Part shown: positions 34,792 to 49,400 of the stretch, piece by piece
How positions within the stretch are numbered: position 1 is the first letter of the stretch
Layout: every line of letters starts with the position of its first letter
Assembly (NCBI GenBank): GCA_965113315.1
Contig: OZ220363.1
Source: Podarcis vaucheri
Lineage: Eukaryota
DNA length: 64,000 bases
Strand: one strand, 5' to 3'
Notes under the pieces: model-generated
Database searches by the model: none
What the model was told of the DNA's origin: nothing
The model's input: the letters and a program-made list of their open reading frames with translations, nothing else
Program-made: the position numbers and the translations under genes

Positions 34792-37100
34792 GTCAAACCT
34801 GGGGGGAAATGGACTTTGCACATTGAGACGACACTTTGCTGTGGTTTCCATGAACTGGAAGTGGGTGGAAGCCCTCAGCCTGGAAGCACCCGATGTGCCC
34901 GTCCAAGCTGTTTCAAGCCCGCTAGGGCAAACACTGGCCTCTCTAGGTCAGGCGTACGCCATTGTGTATGCTTTATAGTCATATCTGTACATGGGATGTA
35001 AAATATGTGACTGTATAAAAGGGATCTCCAGCTTTCTTTGCAATTTTGATGGTGTTGAATTCTTTGCTTTGTCCAATAGGGCAGTCAAGGTGAAGGTTGA
35101 GTGCTGGGAGAAGCAATACTTGATAGAAGTTGGGAGGGAGGATTGAGCCTGGCTTCTGAAGAAGGGTCTTGGGATGAGAATAGTTGCTCATAAGGTCCCA
35201 TGTTTTCTAATAAGTCTGCACTATTGGGAAATGGTCTTCCCTGCTGAAAGTTGGATTCAAGAACCTCAGGACAGAACTTTGTGATGCACAAAGTATATTT
35301 TTGTGCTACCAGCCTTCTGCCTGATGCATTTAAAAATGAAGTTACTCCTTTCATATCCATCTGGACTTAACCATCCAGGAGTTCTTTACCTTTACCATTT
35401 TTTACCCCAAACATTTGTGTTACTGTGGAATGATGTTCATTTTAATCAGACAGTGCTAATTTGCAAGAGCTGCTTTCTGCTTGCAGGAATTTCAGAATTA
35501 GCATGGAAGGTCTTGTATATACTTCTTGCCAGTGGCTGTAGTGGGAAAGGCTTGGCATTTTCTTCCTTCCTTCTAGGGAGTGCAGGGACACATGTCAATC
35601 TTACTTGGAAGTAATCAGTTTGTTCCAGCTTGCAAATGATGAGAGCATTTGATAAAGCCTCTTTATGACAGGCCAGGAGCACTTAGCAGGTTGCTGTCTT
35701 GGAAACCCTTATGACAAAGTGAGTTTATAGCTGCACTTAATTGATTTTTGACATCGTGGTACTGTGCCGCAAGACTTTCTGGGCAGCTTTACTAAACTTC
35801 AGGTTCACGTACTTTCCACCCCTGCAGTACTTTCTATGAAGATTGCTCATGATGTGTGTGTTCACTTTTGCTTAAAGGCAAGTTAGGTGCTGAGGCTGCA
35901 GAACACTGAGAGTTGTGAAAATTTTGAGCAATAAGGTCATGGCATACTTGTCCACTTTTTAAATTTCATGTGCGTTTACTAACTCTAGTGTACACTGTGA
36001 TATGCACAGATCAGACACTCGCCCATCCTTTATTTCCCCATAAATGATGTGTTTGAGACCAGGAATATTCATTCTGGGCAACAGAACTGGCACCAGGACC
36101 TGGAGCCATCCTTTGCCTCCTAGTTTGAGCTGCTACTCCAAGAGCTGTGTTTTGAGTGTGAGTGTGTGATGCACAAAAAGAGAGTCTCCCTCTTGTTCTT
36201 TTAAATGCATATGGTTGCTGTGAATGAAAGATGCCCGCTGCTTTGGAAACTCAGCTAAGCCCAGTCTTCCTCATTTTATGGTAAACTCCAGGGGTTTGTG
36301 TTTCTTCTTTTTCTGTAGCCCACAACATTTATGAAAGGCTTTGCAGCTTTGATTATGTCAGATTATGCCATGGAATGGATGTGTTCTAACAGAAAATTGA
36401 GTAGGTACTGCCATTTCCTAAGAATTGCAAATTTAAGGTTGATTTCTACTGCTGTGGTAGTCTTAAACATTGCTTTTTTGTTCCTGCATGCTCATGTTTT
36501 GTTTGTGGATTTCTCATTTCTCATGGGAAATGGGATGCTGGACAACATAGGACTTCTTTGCTTCTTTTCTATAGCTCTTCATTTTCCCTGTGTTTTAATC
36601 TTTATTCCCAACCTTCAGTTAGCCAAAATCTAAATTGTGCAATGAAACGAAGCCATGAAAATGTGCATAAATTACCCCATGGCAGAATTGTATGTCTCCT
36701 CAGCTCCCCGCTTTACAGTGTTTGAAACTCCCAGCATTCTAGGCACACCTTGCAACAGGGAATTTCAGACCATTTTTAACTTGTCTTTTTATTATTTTGA
36801 TAAAACCAATTTGCATATGTAGGGTCTCGGCCCTTTACAAAGGAGGCAGTATTTGGGAAGTAAATGACATTCCATGCATTGCTATAGACATTTTTAGACA
36901 TATATTGCATCTGTAAACATACCTGAGTTAAACAAAGATGTACAAGTAGGAGGGTTGTGGCTAGAGAACAAGACAAGCTGACTGGATGCATAGGCATGCT
37001 GTAAACAGGCAAGCTAGCTTGCAGGTAACTGTGTCACATCTGTCACAGCCAAAGTGCTGTTTCCACATGAATTAGGTTTTTGCTCTGTGAGACTCTAGCC

Positions 37101-37397
37101 CAAGGGCAGCCAACCAGGCACTTTCCAGATATAGTTGAACAACATCTCCCATCATCAGCAGCAGATAGCATGTTCAGTGGCCAGGTATGCTAGGAGTTGG
37201 AGTCCAGCATTGAGGGCATCATGCTGACTATCCCTGATCTGGGACTGGCAAAGTGCAACTGGCCTCCAGTGGGGTGCATACAGGGTGTACTTCAAATGAT
37301 GAGGGACTACAACTCCCATCATCCCTTGTCAACCTGGCTAATGGTAAAGGATAATGGGAGTTGTAGTTCAGCAGCCACCACATTGGCTGCCTCACTG
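37101..37397. mobile_element. Composite hAT MITE
   Basis: Perfect 8-bp TSD CTCTAGCC (37093-37100 / 37398-37405); ends ggcagccaa / ttggctgcc; two internal palindromic units. Confidence 0.65.
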
Positions 37398-37764
37398 CTC
37401 TAGCCCATTTAGACTTAAGATGGAGGCAGCTTTTATAGTATCAAATTCCTCTTCTCTTGGCTATCTTAGAGTTGCGGTGAGTTATCCTGTCTTTTGATTT
37501 TTCAACCAGCAGGCCTCTGTAGTTCTATCTGCTATTTCTGCTTCCCAGCAAAAATCATTCCACACAAAAGGGTTGCCTCTCAGAGGCAGAAGCCTGTGGC
37601 TGCTATGTGGAAGTTGTACACGCACTATTTTGTGTGACTGGATAATTTAACAACTGAGCACAAAAGCACTGGAGTATACCTACTGCGAGACCAGACTAAA
37701 TGGTAAGGAGCTGAGCCATGGCTATAGGGGCAAGCAACCTTGTTGTTTTGCCTTGGTAATGGAC

Positions 37765-38675
37765 AGGATGAGAGCAAACAAACTGAAGCTTAATCCACCT
37801 AAGACTGAAGTACTGCTAGTGGGTGATTCCCTACACCGGATGGATGGGAGGTTCTTGATGGGGATGCACTCCCTCTGAAGGAGCAAATACATAGCTTGGG
37901 GGTACTTCAGGGTCCTTTGCTGTCGCTTGAGGCTCAGGTGGCCTGAGCAACCCAGAATGCCTTCCATCAGCTTGGGCTGATGGCCCTACCCCTATGCCCC
38001 TATCTGGGCAGGGATAGCCTAACTTCTGTCATCTATGCTCTGATAACCTATAGGTTAGTTTATTGCAACGCATTATATGTAGGGCTGCCTCTGAAGATGG
38101 TTCGGAAACTTTAGCTGGTGCAGAATTTGGCAGCCAAGTTGCTCACTGGGGCAAAACAGGTTGAGCATATTACTTCAATCCTGGCCTGAGTGCACTGGCT
38201 GCCAATTAGTTTCCAGGCCCAATTCTAAGTGCTGGTTTTGACCTATAAAGCCCTAATCGGCTGAAGACTGCAATACCTCAAGGACTGCCCCTCCCCACAC
38301 GAACCTACCCAAACAATGTGATCATAATCTGAGGCCTTTCTTTGTGTGCCTCCACAAGAGGCTAATAGGGTGTCAACATAAGAACAGGCCTTTTCTGTGG
38401 TGGCTCCCTGTTTGTGAAATGCTCTCCCCAGGGAAGGCCACCTGGAACTTAGGTGCCAGGTGAAAACATTTCTCTTCAACCAGGCATTCAAGTGATTAGC
38501 ATTCTGTAGCCTTTTAAATGTACGGTGTTTGTGGGAGGGGAATTAATGGTTTGCTTTTGTTTACGTTTTATTATGCAGTTTGTATTCTCATTTTGTATTT
38601 TTCTATTGTGAACTGCCCTGGGATTTTTGGATGAAGGGCGGGAAACAAAACTAATTAATAATAACAGTAATAAGA
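37765..38675 (+). mobile_element. L2 LINE 3' portion (ORF2 C-terminus and tail)
   Basis: Degenerate peptides RANKLKLNPPKTEVL and HIT.IL..HWLPI.F.AQF.VLVLTYKAL, typical of L2; tail ...gtgaactgccctggga...gggcggg...(TAA)n. Confidence 0.85.
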
Positions 38676-40494
38676 ATTGTGCCACTGGGTACATTTTTTG
38701 AGGAAGTGCTGCGGGTACCAGTCACAAAATGGCTGCTGTAGGAATGTGGCATAACAGAAAATGACTACCACATGACTAAGAGAACAGACAAGGAGGACCA
38801 CAAATGGTACAGATAGCCCAGCCCCCCCCCCAATCATTAGGGGGAGGAGGACACCAAAAGCATGTACAATCCGGTATCTAATGAAATAGGGTTGAACAAG
38901 AAGCTCAAACAGTCTCTTGCACATTATGGATTTTTGAGATGTTTGCTGAGACCTTTTTTGAGCACCATAGGAACTAGTTGATGCACTGTCACCTGTGGGT
39001 TCTGTGTTGGTGACCATTGTTCCTATCACATTTTTGTGGAGCTAGCATCTTAATTGCATCAGAAGAAAGGCATTATGTTTATGGAGGCTTTGAGAATACC
39101 AAGGCATTCCTGCCGTGGAAGAATTCTTACTGAGGAGTCAGTTGTATGCATATTGTTAGTACTGATGCAGAAAAAGACAAGCTCATCTATAAGAATCTTA
39201 TCACTTCCTACTTGGAGTTGATTTAGAGGATGATTCGAGTCTAGCCAACATCTTTCTATATAAAGGCAGAATTAGACTGTCAGAGCTCCTTGGCCAACAC
39301 ATACTTGACAGGAAGCCAATGGTTATTGAGCTGAGAAAAGGAGTTGTTGGCATTCCTTCTATCTTTATGGCAGTCTTCAAGGAATCAGTGGGATAAGTCC
39401 TTTCTACTCTTTCCCTGAGGGCTGATAATTATAGGCACACACTGTACATTATTTGATGGCTTCTACCTAGCTGTGCAAACTGTCTCCATTGGAAAGTATT
39501 GTTAGCGGCTCTGTGGAAGGCTTTCCATGTGCGATGTCAGTTTCCCAGATGCATCTTGTCAAATGTTTGCTAAGCGATAAACATCCATATATACAAGCAC
39601 CCTATTAGCTGCTAACTGGGTGGTGGTAACGGGAGGGCTACAGCTAGGAGACGAGGAAGGGAAAATCTTGCAGTATATCAGTACCATTCAGATTGGGCAA
39701 GGGGAATAAATAGAGCAGGGTTTCCCCTTTCTCATGCAATCTGCAAGGAAAAAGAGCAGGTGGTCCAACAGCTTAGCTTCTTCCTGTCTCTTTTGCTCAG
39801 TTAGAAAGAGGAGATGCCACAAGAGTCAACACCGGAATCCTTTCTCGCTTCTCTCAGTTATTGCCAAATCTTGTCAGGAGCATCCAGGAAAAGCTTGATC
39901 AGCCACCTTCTGATGCTACTTTAAAGGTGGCCAGCAGACTGGACCTACTTCTGGGCCCAGATCAGGAGAGTTGCCCTTGAAGACAGGTGGAAAAACAAAG
40001 CCCTTTGGAAAGACTTGATGGTTGGCTGACGTTATTGAAAGAAATTCACTCTTCCTTTTGAATATCGTTAAGTCTGCTTTGGGGTAGGTCCCATTTGTGG
40101 CTGCAGTAGCCTATCCTGCCCTTTTTGCACAACGGAGGTAGATTTTAAAACTGAACCATACAAGTGGACAGATATAGTGGGAGGGTCTGGGAACTGTGCA
40201 AATCACAATAGTTTAAATTCTTTCTTTAAAAAAATAGCAGCAAAATGATACAAAACTGTTGGGTTGGGTTTTTGTTTTGAAAAAAAAATAATAATATATA
40301 TATATATATAGTAGTGCAAAGTAACTTTTCAGTCCAGTGCTGTGTAGGAACAAGAGAGGCAGGCAGATGGAGTGGGGTATGGCATCCATTCTTAAGACAA
40401 CTCTTGTCACCTTCCCTCCCCCTCCCCCTCCCCCCACATTCTCCAACCTAAATGGGGCAGAGAGGGAAGAGCTGTATTTGGAGACACAGTTGCT

Positions 40495-43400
40495 TTAGTC
40501 ACTCTCTGTTGACAACTCCCTGATTTGGATATGGACAAATAGGGAGGCTGGTGGGATCCCCGTCCCATCCTTGGAAAGAAGGTGGATGTGGCGGTATCCT
40601 GCATGGGAGACAAAAAAAAAAAGAAGAAGCCACGCACAGTGTTTGAAGCTGCCTTGTGTTGAGTTAGGCCAAGGGTAACCAACCATGTTGTTGGGCTCCA
40701 GCTGCCATCAGCCTCAGCCAGCACGGCCAATGGCCAGCAATTGTGGGAGCTGTACTTCAACAACACCTGGAGAGTCCCATGCTTGCTATCCCTGAGTTAA
40801 ACCACTGGTCCATCCAGCCCAACTCTGCCTGCTATAACCAGCAGAGCCCTGGTGGGATCCTAAAAACACACACAAACCAGGGCATGCATAGCCTGTGCTC
40901 TCCTGCTGACCTCTAGATAATGCTACAGGCAGAGATATGGGTGTAGCCAAGGGGGGATTGGGGGGCAGCCACTGCCCCCCCAATCCACAAAAAATATTGA
41001 AAAGCATTGAAAGTACATTGATTGAGGTTCCTGGCCACACCCATGGGCAGAGAGCACATTTGTCTCTATAGTCAGCTTTTCTTGGCTGTCTCTTGAATTT
41101 CCTCTGAATGGTTACAAATTGTGGGTTTCTCCCATTCCTTTGAGTAGATTTATATATATATATATTCTGCTTGTCCTGCAGCAGATGCATTTATTCGGTT
41201 GATCACAGCTACAGCCTGTAGAAGTGTGTATTCTAGCACCAATACAGGGCCCAGGATTTCTCTTCTCCACTAGATGGAGGCAACATGAGCTCCCTCCCTC
41301 CCCCTACAAAAAATAAAAATTAATGTATGTACATGGGATGGAAATGCAAAACTCTGCAGTGTGATCTAGGAGCAGCTACAAGTATGGTAATAACTAATAC
41401 TAAGGAAGCAAACCCATTGATTCTGAGGATGGAATCATACATATTCCTGCCCCCCCGGCCATCCTGCAAAGTGAGTTGTACTTCTCATGGGGGAGAGTTA
41501 ATTTGTGTGTTGTGATAAACGTCAGGCCTGCTTTGGGATTAAAAGTAAAAAATAAATAAAATAGAATTCAGGGAGCAGCTGTATAGGTTTAAAAGGGCAG
41601 CATCTTTAACTGCATCTCAATCAAACTGATTGATTGAATCCAAGCTTACAATGCACTCCTGATTCCACTTACCTGGGTAAGCCTCACTGAACTCAGTGGG
41701 ATTTACCGGTACTTCTGAGAAGACATGGTTAGAAGGGCCCTGGTAGCCATTAAGGGCTCCTCCACACTTCCACTTGTCTTGTGCCTGGAAAATAGGTCCA
41801 AGTGGCTATTCCTTTGCCCCACTGCTTTCCCCTGGAAAACATGCTCTTTACTGCTGAATTGGAACAAATGGCAACTCAACGAAAACCTGATTGCTGTTTG
41901 GCTCCATTTACCAGTAAACCACAGGTTTCTCCAGGGGAAAGTGGCAGGGCAAACGGAGGTGTGGATGAGCACAGAGTCTGGATCTAATCCTATGTACTTT
42001 TGTGCTGTGCTGTAATCATAATATCCATGTGCTGATTTACTGAGTTGTTACAGTCTCTGTTGAAGGGGGTAACTTAGTCTGCCTTCCTTATGTACGCAAA
42101 TAACTGTCTCTGGCTAACCTTGACTGACCTGCCAGGGATGCATTCGTCTCTTGATCTTGGTAGCAAACTGGCACAAGATAATCACACCCCACAGGGCTAA
42201 GAGGGAGATGCTCACCTGCTTTGACACTAGTAAGAGGTAGAGTGTACTGTCCCACAAAGTCATTCCGAGATGCCTTGTCATAATCCTCCACCACAAAGCG
42301 CAGAAGTGCCAGCTCTGGTACCCAAACCTGGAACTGAAAGGCCTCATTCCACTGTGGGTTAAAACCTATCCAGGGATATTAAAGTGAAAAGAGGGTGTTG
42401 TCACAGCACATAATCTCTATGTGTCCCCCAGCCTCTCTCCATCTTCACCTCCATAAAATCTCACACAACTTCCCTCTGCATTGCTGCTTCTGAGATTCCT
42501 AAACTGCTCTGGTCAGTTTATTGTCTAACCTCAAAAACACCTGCCCTCTTTGCATCACTTTTCTACCACTCTGAATGGTCCAACTGGGCTTTTAGCATTT
42601 TCAATGCCCCAGGAAAAAAGAGAGAAGATGCCTTTAAGTGGGAAACCAATGTCCCCACTGTGGAAGGACGTGTGGATCCAGAATTGGTCTCCACAGTCAC
42701 TTACGGACTCATTGTTAAAACTATGTTTATGGAAGACAATCTTACTCAGCTACGAGTGGTTGCCAAAGAAGAAGGAAGAAGATATGCATATACTATTGTG
42801 GGACCTTGGTGGAGAATTTACCTTTTTTGCAAAGTTCAACTTCCTTTTCAAAATGACTATGCAAGTTTCTACCCTGCCTGGGTGTGAAGGAAAATAGGAA
42901 AATGTAATGGAGAATGGACACATGTTAGTCATGAGGTGAAGCTTCACTTATGTCAATGGGGCAAATCGGCTCATTTTGTTTTATTTTAATGTATTTATGG
43001 GCTGCTCTTTAGGTAAGACATTTCAAACTGGCTAAAATAATAAATACAATACATAAGAACAGCATAAGAACATCATCACATACCAATCCACTGTTTTCAA
43101 AGAGGCTTAGTCATACAACTCACATTTGCTGGATTGTGCCCAGTGTGGTAGGCCACAGACATGGAAACCCAAGGCTTCCAAAGGTGGCTCATATGCCCTA
43201 CACAAGAGTTATTTGCTTCTTTGGGGCTCCAAGTCCCCCTAATAAATCCTTCCCCTGTTACCTGTTTCCACCTCTGCTGCTTCCTTGTACTTTACCACCC
43301 CAGTTCTTACCAAAAACAAAAACATCACAATTTAAAACCATGCCTGACATGCCTAGTATTTTAAGGACATTCATTCCTATGGAAGAATTTGGTTTTGTAA

Positions 43401-46400
43401 AATGTAGAATCTGAGTTCCCTTGGCACAGATAACACCAGGATATTCATTCATCCTTAAGTAAATAAGAATGAGGAGCATCCATGTTGACACATGCATGAG
43501 GTCCACATAAAACCCCATCTCAGCAGTTCTTTACAATGACCAAGAGAATTGCCTCACCGTTATCATCAATATATTTGGTCTCCTGCTTGGCACTATCAGC
43601 AGGGATCCCATGAATCTCCACTCGCACTAGTGGATCGATGATGGAGCCTTCTTTGCTGTTGGGCATCTTGGGGAGTTGCTGCCCACTAATGATCTGGAAG
43701 AGAAGGTTATGGTGAGCATAGAAGAGCAGTCAAGTCCATATGTGCAAACAGCAATGTGTCAGCAACTGCACCCTGCAACTCACGCAGCTCAAAACAGTGA
43801 CAAAGGAAGTTGGTCACTTTGGCATATAAGCCCAAAGACACAAAGGACTTGGAACAACACTCTGCCTGCTTGATACAGTGGTACTGTACCTTGGTTTTTG
43901 AATGTAATCTGCTCCAGAAGACCGTTCGAGTTCTGAAACGTTCAAAAACCGAAAACTCAAAACGGAAGCCTCAAAATGGAAAACTCCATTGGGAAAACTC
44001 AAAACGGAAGCTGTGTGGCATGTTCGACTTCCAAAAAGTGCTCAAAAACCGAAGCATTTACTTCCGGGTTTACGACGTTTGAAAACCAAAATGTTCATCA
44101 AGGAGACGTTCGAAAACCGAGGTACCACTTTATCCCAAACTCAGCTTTCCCAACAGAAGTTGATCTTTGACTCAACCAGGTATAGGGAAACTTTGGCCCT
44201 CCAGACATGGCTGACCTACAACTCTCATCAGCCCCAGAAGCATGGCCAGTGGCCATGTTAGTTCAGCAACATGAGAGTCAAATATTCCCCACATCTGCAA
44301 GTAGGATAGTAGCACTGAGTAGCTATTAAAAGATAGCAGGGTAGATAAAGCCTCTCTCTAGGTCGGACAGAAATTTTCCAAGATGGGGGCCACATTCTCT
44401 CATGGACATCTGGAAGCTTCTTATTCCAATAAGCTTTTCTCTAAAATCCTAAAAGCCCTGTTAGGTTAAGGTATGGGCAACAAACTCACACAGTACCTTA
44501 ATGGCTATGTTCAGGGGGCTACCATTCTCCCTGCTTTGGGGGTTCTCAGGACTGAAGGCTGTCTCTGGGTCTTTCATGAAGCTCGGCTTTAACACGTAGC
44601 CACAGCGGCCATTTTTACTGAAGAGCCCATCGCACAAGTCCATCTCTGTACCAGCCGTTTGAAAATTCAAGGCCACTGGGAGGAGGAGGAGACAGGAATC
44701 TTTCAGACCAGCAGCAATTGGAGGCAAACAAGAGAGCAGTCTTCTAGCTCTTTCTAGCTTCTTCCATACAAGGCATCTTAGAAATTCAAATTAAAGCCCA
44801 AACTGCACACTGTGGAGAGAGGGCCATCAACCCACATCTCCCTAATAATGGGGGAGAAAACATGACATATCATTGTCTTAGTGTTTCCCTCCCTACACCC
44901 ACTTTCACTGGCTGCAGCTTGTCCCATTTCTGGATCTCTATCTTTCCTCAGTTCCTGCCTTTCGAATCTGCATTTGCAAGCTTGAAGAAAGCTGAGGAAA
45001 CCAACATTCAGAAGAGTTGGGGGGAAAACCCTTCCCCCATATAAGAACAGCCATGCTCTAAAGCCCAGTTTTGACTGCTAAAGCTTGGCAATAGCAGAAT
45101 AAATAACTATTATTTATAAAGCACCACTTTGAACACTCTGAAGCACACTGTATATTTATTTTACATCTTGCCTTTCTGAACCCAGTGTGGCATACATATG
45201 GCTCCCAAACAGTCACCCCCAGACCTGCAATGTCGTAACCTTATGTGCCTTCAGATGCTGGGATCAGGTTTACTTACTTACTTACAATATCCAAGGGTGG
45301 AACAGCTTGGTACTTCAGCAAAGTTTGCTGAGACACAAATGCAGGAGGGGATTTCCAGGAGAGGATCAGTGTAGTAGGAGTAGTTAACCCTTCCCTAGAT
45401 TGCCATCTTGCCAAAAATACTCCTTGGCATATGACAACTTGTCCCCCTCCCAGAAAGTAGGATTCTGAGGCTAGGCAAATGAAGGGGAGGCAGCATTTGT
45501 GGGAATAAGTGAATAAATATAGCCCTGTTGGCTCAAACCAAAGGCCTGTTTAGTCAGCCTCCTGTTTCCCACAATGGTCAATCAGATGTGCAAGTGTGTG
45601 CTCTCTGTCTCTCTGTCTCTCTGTGTCTGTGTCTGAGTCTCCCTCTCGTTCCCCAGTGACTGCTAGTCAGAGGAAAGCTGCTGCTGATTCTCAGGTAGCA
45701 GTCAGACATTATGACTCATAGCCATCAGTAGCCTTATCCCCCAGCAGTTTGTCTAATCTCCCTTTTAAAAGCCATCTAAAGCCCCATCTGCACTTAAAGC
45801 AGTATCGCGCCACTTTAGTCCTGGCTTCCTCCACACACACACACACAATCCTGCACTCTGTTCAAGGTGCCAAGAGATGCTAGGAGACTCTATTCCGCTC
45901 ACAATCCCCAAAGTTCCGGGGGAAGAGGGTCTGATGGCTAGACCACTCTGGGAGCTGCAGCTCTGAAAAAAACAACACAAGGGTGACTTCCTCACCCACC
46001 CACCCCTTAAATCCTTCTGGGGCTGGCATACCCAGCTGGCACCCCACATTCCACATTGCCTGGGGGTTGTAATTGGAGGAGTCCGTCCGCAGACCGCTGG
46101 GGAAGATGCGTGTCAGCTGCCAGGCATTATGGCGGATGAAGTCATTTCCTGCAGGAGGTAGTTAGCACACCAAAAGTTTAGAAATCTGGTATTTGGGGAA
46201 CCCCCTCTCCAGTTATTAGTGCTTGGAGAATGTGACCCTCTGCAACTAAGTGATGTGTGTGTCAGAGAAACAGTTTGCATCCAGTTTACCTAAAATGTAG
46301 ACAGAGAACATGGAATTTCTAGCTGGTTAGTTGAAATTAGGGTGCGCACCCCACCCCAATGCGTGTGTAGGTCTTCACAAACTGCTTTCTGGGAATTTGA

Positions 46401-49400
46401 TGCAGAATTAGAGTGGCTTTGCTGCCTGCTTACAAGAGGTTGTTTGCTTCCACTATGCTGTGCCGGTATGTTCTCTGACCCAAAGGAAACTGAATCAGGG
46501 AGGGCTGCCTCTGACTTTCTGACTGCTTGGCAATATGGGGCAAAACATTAACATCTTAGTGTATGTTGGGGAGGAGTCAGAGGAGTCACGGGCCCGCCAA
46601 TGCACATTCCTAATGTCTTGCCTGCTGGCTGCCTCCATCCCCGGTTTCTCACCAGCCTCTCGGATGAGCTTGCGGGCCTTGGATTCAGCAAAGGAGGACA
46701 TCTCGTAAGACTTGTAGTGGCTGCGGGAGTGCTGGAAGCTGTGAAAGGGCACACTCTTGCAGTAGACAATGCAGTCAGAAAGCTCCTGGGAGAGGGACTG
46801 TTTGGCCTTCTGCAAAGAACGTGAGACCAACTTGTAAATGATGACCATGTGTACTGCAGACACGGGTGTAAGGTTGAGTCCCACACCTGCTAAAAATAGA
46901 ATCAAAATATCAGGCTTTGTGGGGGGAAGGCTCCTTTTGCCTTTAACTGGTGGAGGCAGGTAGAGTTTTGGCCCTGGGAACTTTACCTGTCTTTTGTTAG
47001 GAGGAGTCATAACTCAGCAGGGAGCCTATGCGCTTTGCATCCCTGGCATTTCCAATTTTTAAAAAGACTAATTTAAAACCCTGCCTGGGAGCTTGGAGAG
47101 AGCTGCTAGTCAGAGAACCCAACGGACCAGTGGTTTGACTCACATACAAAGGCAGCTTCACATATTCCTGCGATAGGAGAAGAGCCCCCTTTCGCTCCTG
47201 AGAAAGAGCCACCAACTCCAAATGATTCAAAGGCTGTAGTGCAGTGTAAGAAAGTTTGCTTTCTCTCCAGATCAGGGTTTCCGGGTTTCCCAGTAGAATC
47301 AATGTAGCTCACATTCTATCAAAAACTAACCTGTATGTGTGTATTGTCGTCAGTCACTCCTGCTTTTGCGGGCAGGTACCTCCCACCTGTCGGTATCTGG
47401 CAGGTGAGGTTCAAGTGCATATCGCTCTACCACACTAGTGCAACCATTTTTTAAAGCAAACAAACCCCGGACTTTTAGCAGTTGGGGAAATGATGGGGAA
47501 ATGCATTGAAATTGAGGGATGAGCAAACGATTAATGGGAAGACGTATCAACACTTGGCTGGCAAATTGTTGCATAACCTCCCCACAAACACATTATAATG
47601 AATGCTCATAAAGACTGGACGTACCTGAACTGCTATGTGAACTTTGTGCCGGCAACTCCAGGATGGATCCTCAAAACATAGCTGCCACTACCTCTAAAGA
47701 GCCAACTAACCAGGGTTTCCATGTACCTTCTCTTTCTTCTTGTCTTCATTGCGCAGGACTTCTTCCTCTGCCTCTGGTCCCTCTTCCTCCTCTTCCTCCT
47801 CTTCCCGCTCAGGCGGCTCATCCAGATGCCCATTCAAATAATCCTCCAGGTGTCCAATCTTCTTCCCTTTCAGGATGATCTTGCCCTTCAGTTCCTGCAT
47901 GAGGACACAGGGTGGGTCATATCAGGGCAGACATGATGGTGCTTTGAGTTCAGGCGATGGGGAAGGGCTTCTAGCCAACACCAGCTCAGCCAGGCTGTCC
48001 TGTAAAACTCTGCCTTGCTCCACAAGTATGACAGCCTCTTAAATATGCTCACAGCAAACATCCTGCTCAATTAAAGGTCCCCCGATGTCCTTTTACTCAA
48101 TCTTTCACCATGATTTTAACAAAGTGTCCCCAATACTTCTCCCTCCAATACCTCTGTTCCTCCAGTGCTCCTTTCTGCCTTTAATTCTCTTCTTGAAGTT
48201 CCCTTTAGTGGTTCTGACAAAAAATGGTTTAATTCCCACAATAGCTCCTTTGGAACCCCCTCCAGTCCCTTCATCTGCCTTAACCTTCACCCCTCACCTC
48301 TGGCTCCTCCCCTTCCTATGGCCACCATTTCAATACATCAGACTAATACGTAAAAGAATTTGGGTCACCTGAGAGTTAAAATAACAGTCCTAGGATTGCA
48401 GTCAAGCTCTGTACGACCAGGTTAAGGAAAGACAATTGACAACACCATGTCCCCACCTCTGGTGAAGGCAACTGCACTGGGACACGTCCATCAATGGTGG
48501 TGGTGAGGAGCTGATCTCCCAGAATCCCCTTCAGCTGCTGGGCCATGATGTCCTGCTGCTCTATGCTGCAGTGGTTCTCAAGAGACAGGATAATGGGGTA
48601 TTTAGAAGCCTGGGAGAATGGAGACATAAGAAGTTAGAGGCAGTAATAGCCCTAAAGTGTGGGAGGTTGAAGGTGGAGTTTGATGACATAATGAGGGGAA
48701 TAGAACTGTTTGAGGGATAGCGAGCCACCCTTAGGATTCCTGGAGACCAGACAAGTAGGATAGAAAGAAATGAAGCCACTGCTGGGATGTGGCAAAACTA
48801 TGGAACCACAACCATTTGAAACAACAAGAAGGAAAGATGGTGTGCCCTATTTAAATCTAAAAAGGGGAGGGGTTTGGGGACAACTGGAACTAAAATTAGG
48901 CTCTCACAACTTTGATGTGCCGTCTGGAGGTTGGGGGAATTTAATCAAAAGCGACACCTTGAATTTGGCTGGATAACAAATTAGCAGCCTTCACAATTCC
49001 ACCCTGCTGACCCCATCCCTTGTGGCAGAAAAGTCCAACCTACCCGGAAGGCATATTTATCGAGGGTTGTCACAACTTCCCGGAAGGGGATCTTAGAGGT
49101 AAAGGTATGGCCATGGTAGACAATGGGCTCCCCATTAGATCCGTCCCAACAGTCCACCTCTAGGCACCGGCAGCCCCGCTTCAGAGCCCTGCAGAGGAAA
49201 AGAAGGCAATTCATGAGCCCTTCTTAGCCTCTTGGTCTGTGAGTAGCACCCTTTGCTGCTAGCTTGAAACATGGGGGTGGGAGAATCACTTTTTACAATG
49301 CCAAATCCTTTGAGGTAAAAAGGCTCTCAGGTCATACTTTGCCTGTGCTTGCCTGAAACCAGCATTGGTTGCACCAGGCATCTCTCCACTTTGGGGGCAT

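Noticed and set aside
47625-47726. Alternative PLCD4 donor (cag|gtacgt) extending the X-Y linker exon by 102 nt
   Set aside because: The extension contains an in-frame TAG (47706-47708) and there is no evidence it is used
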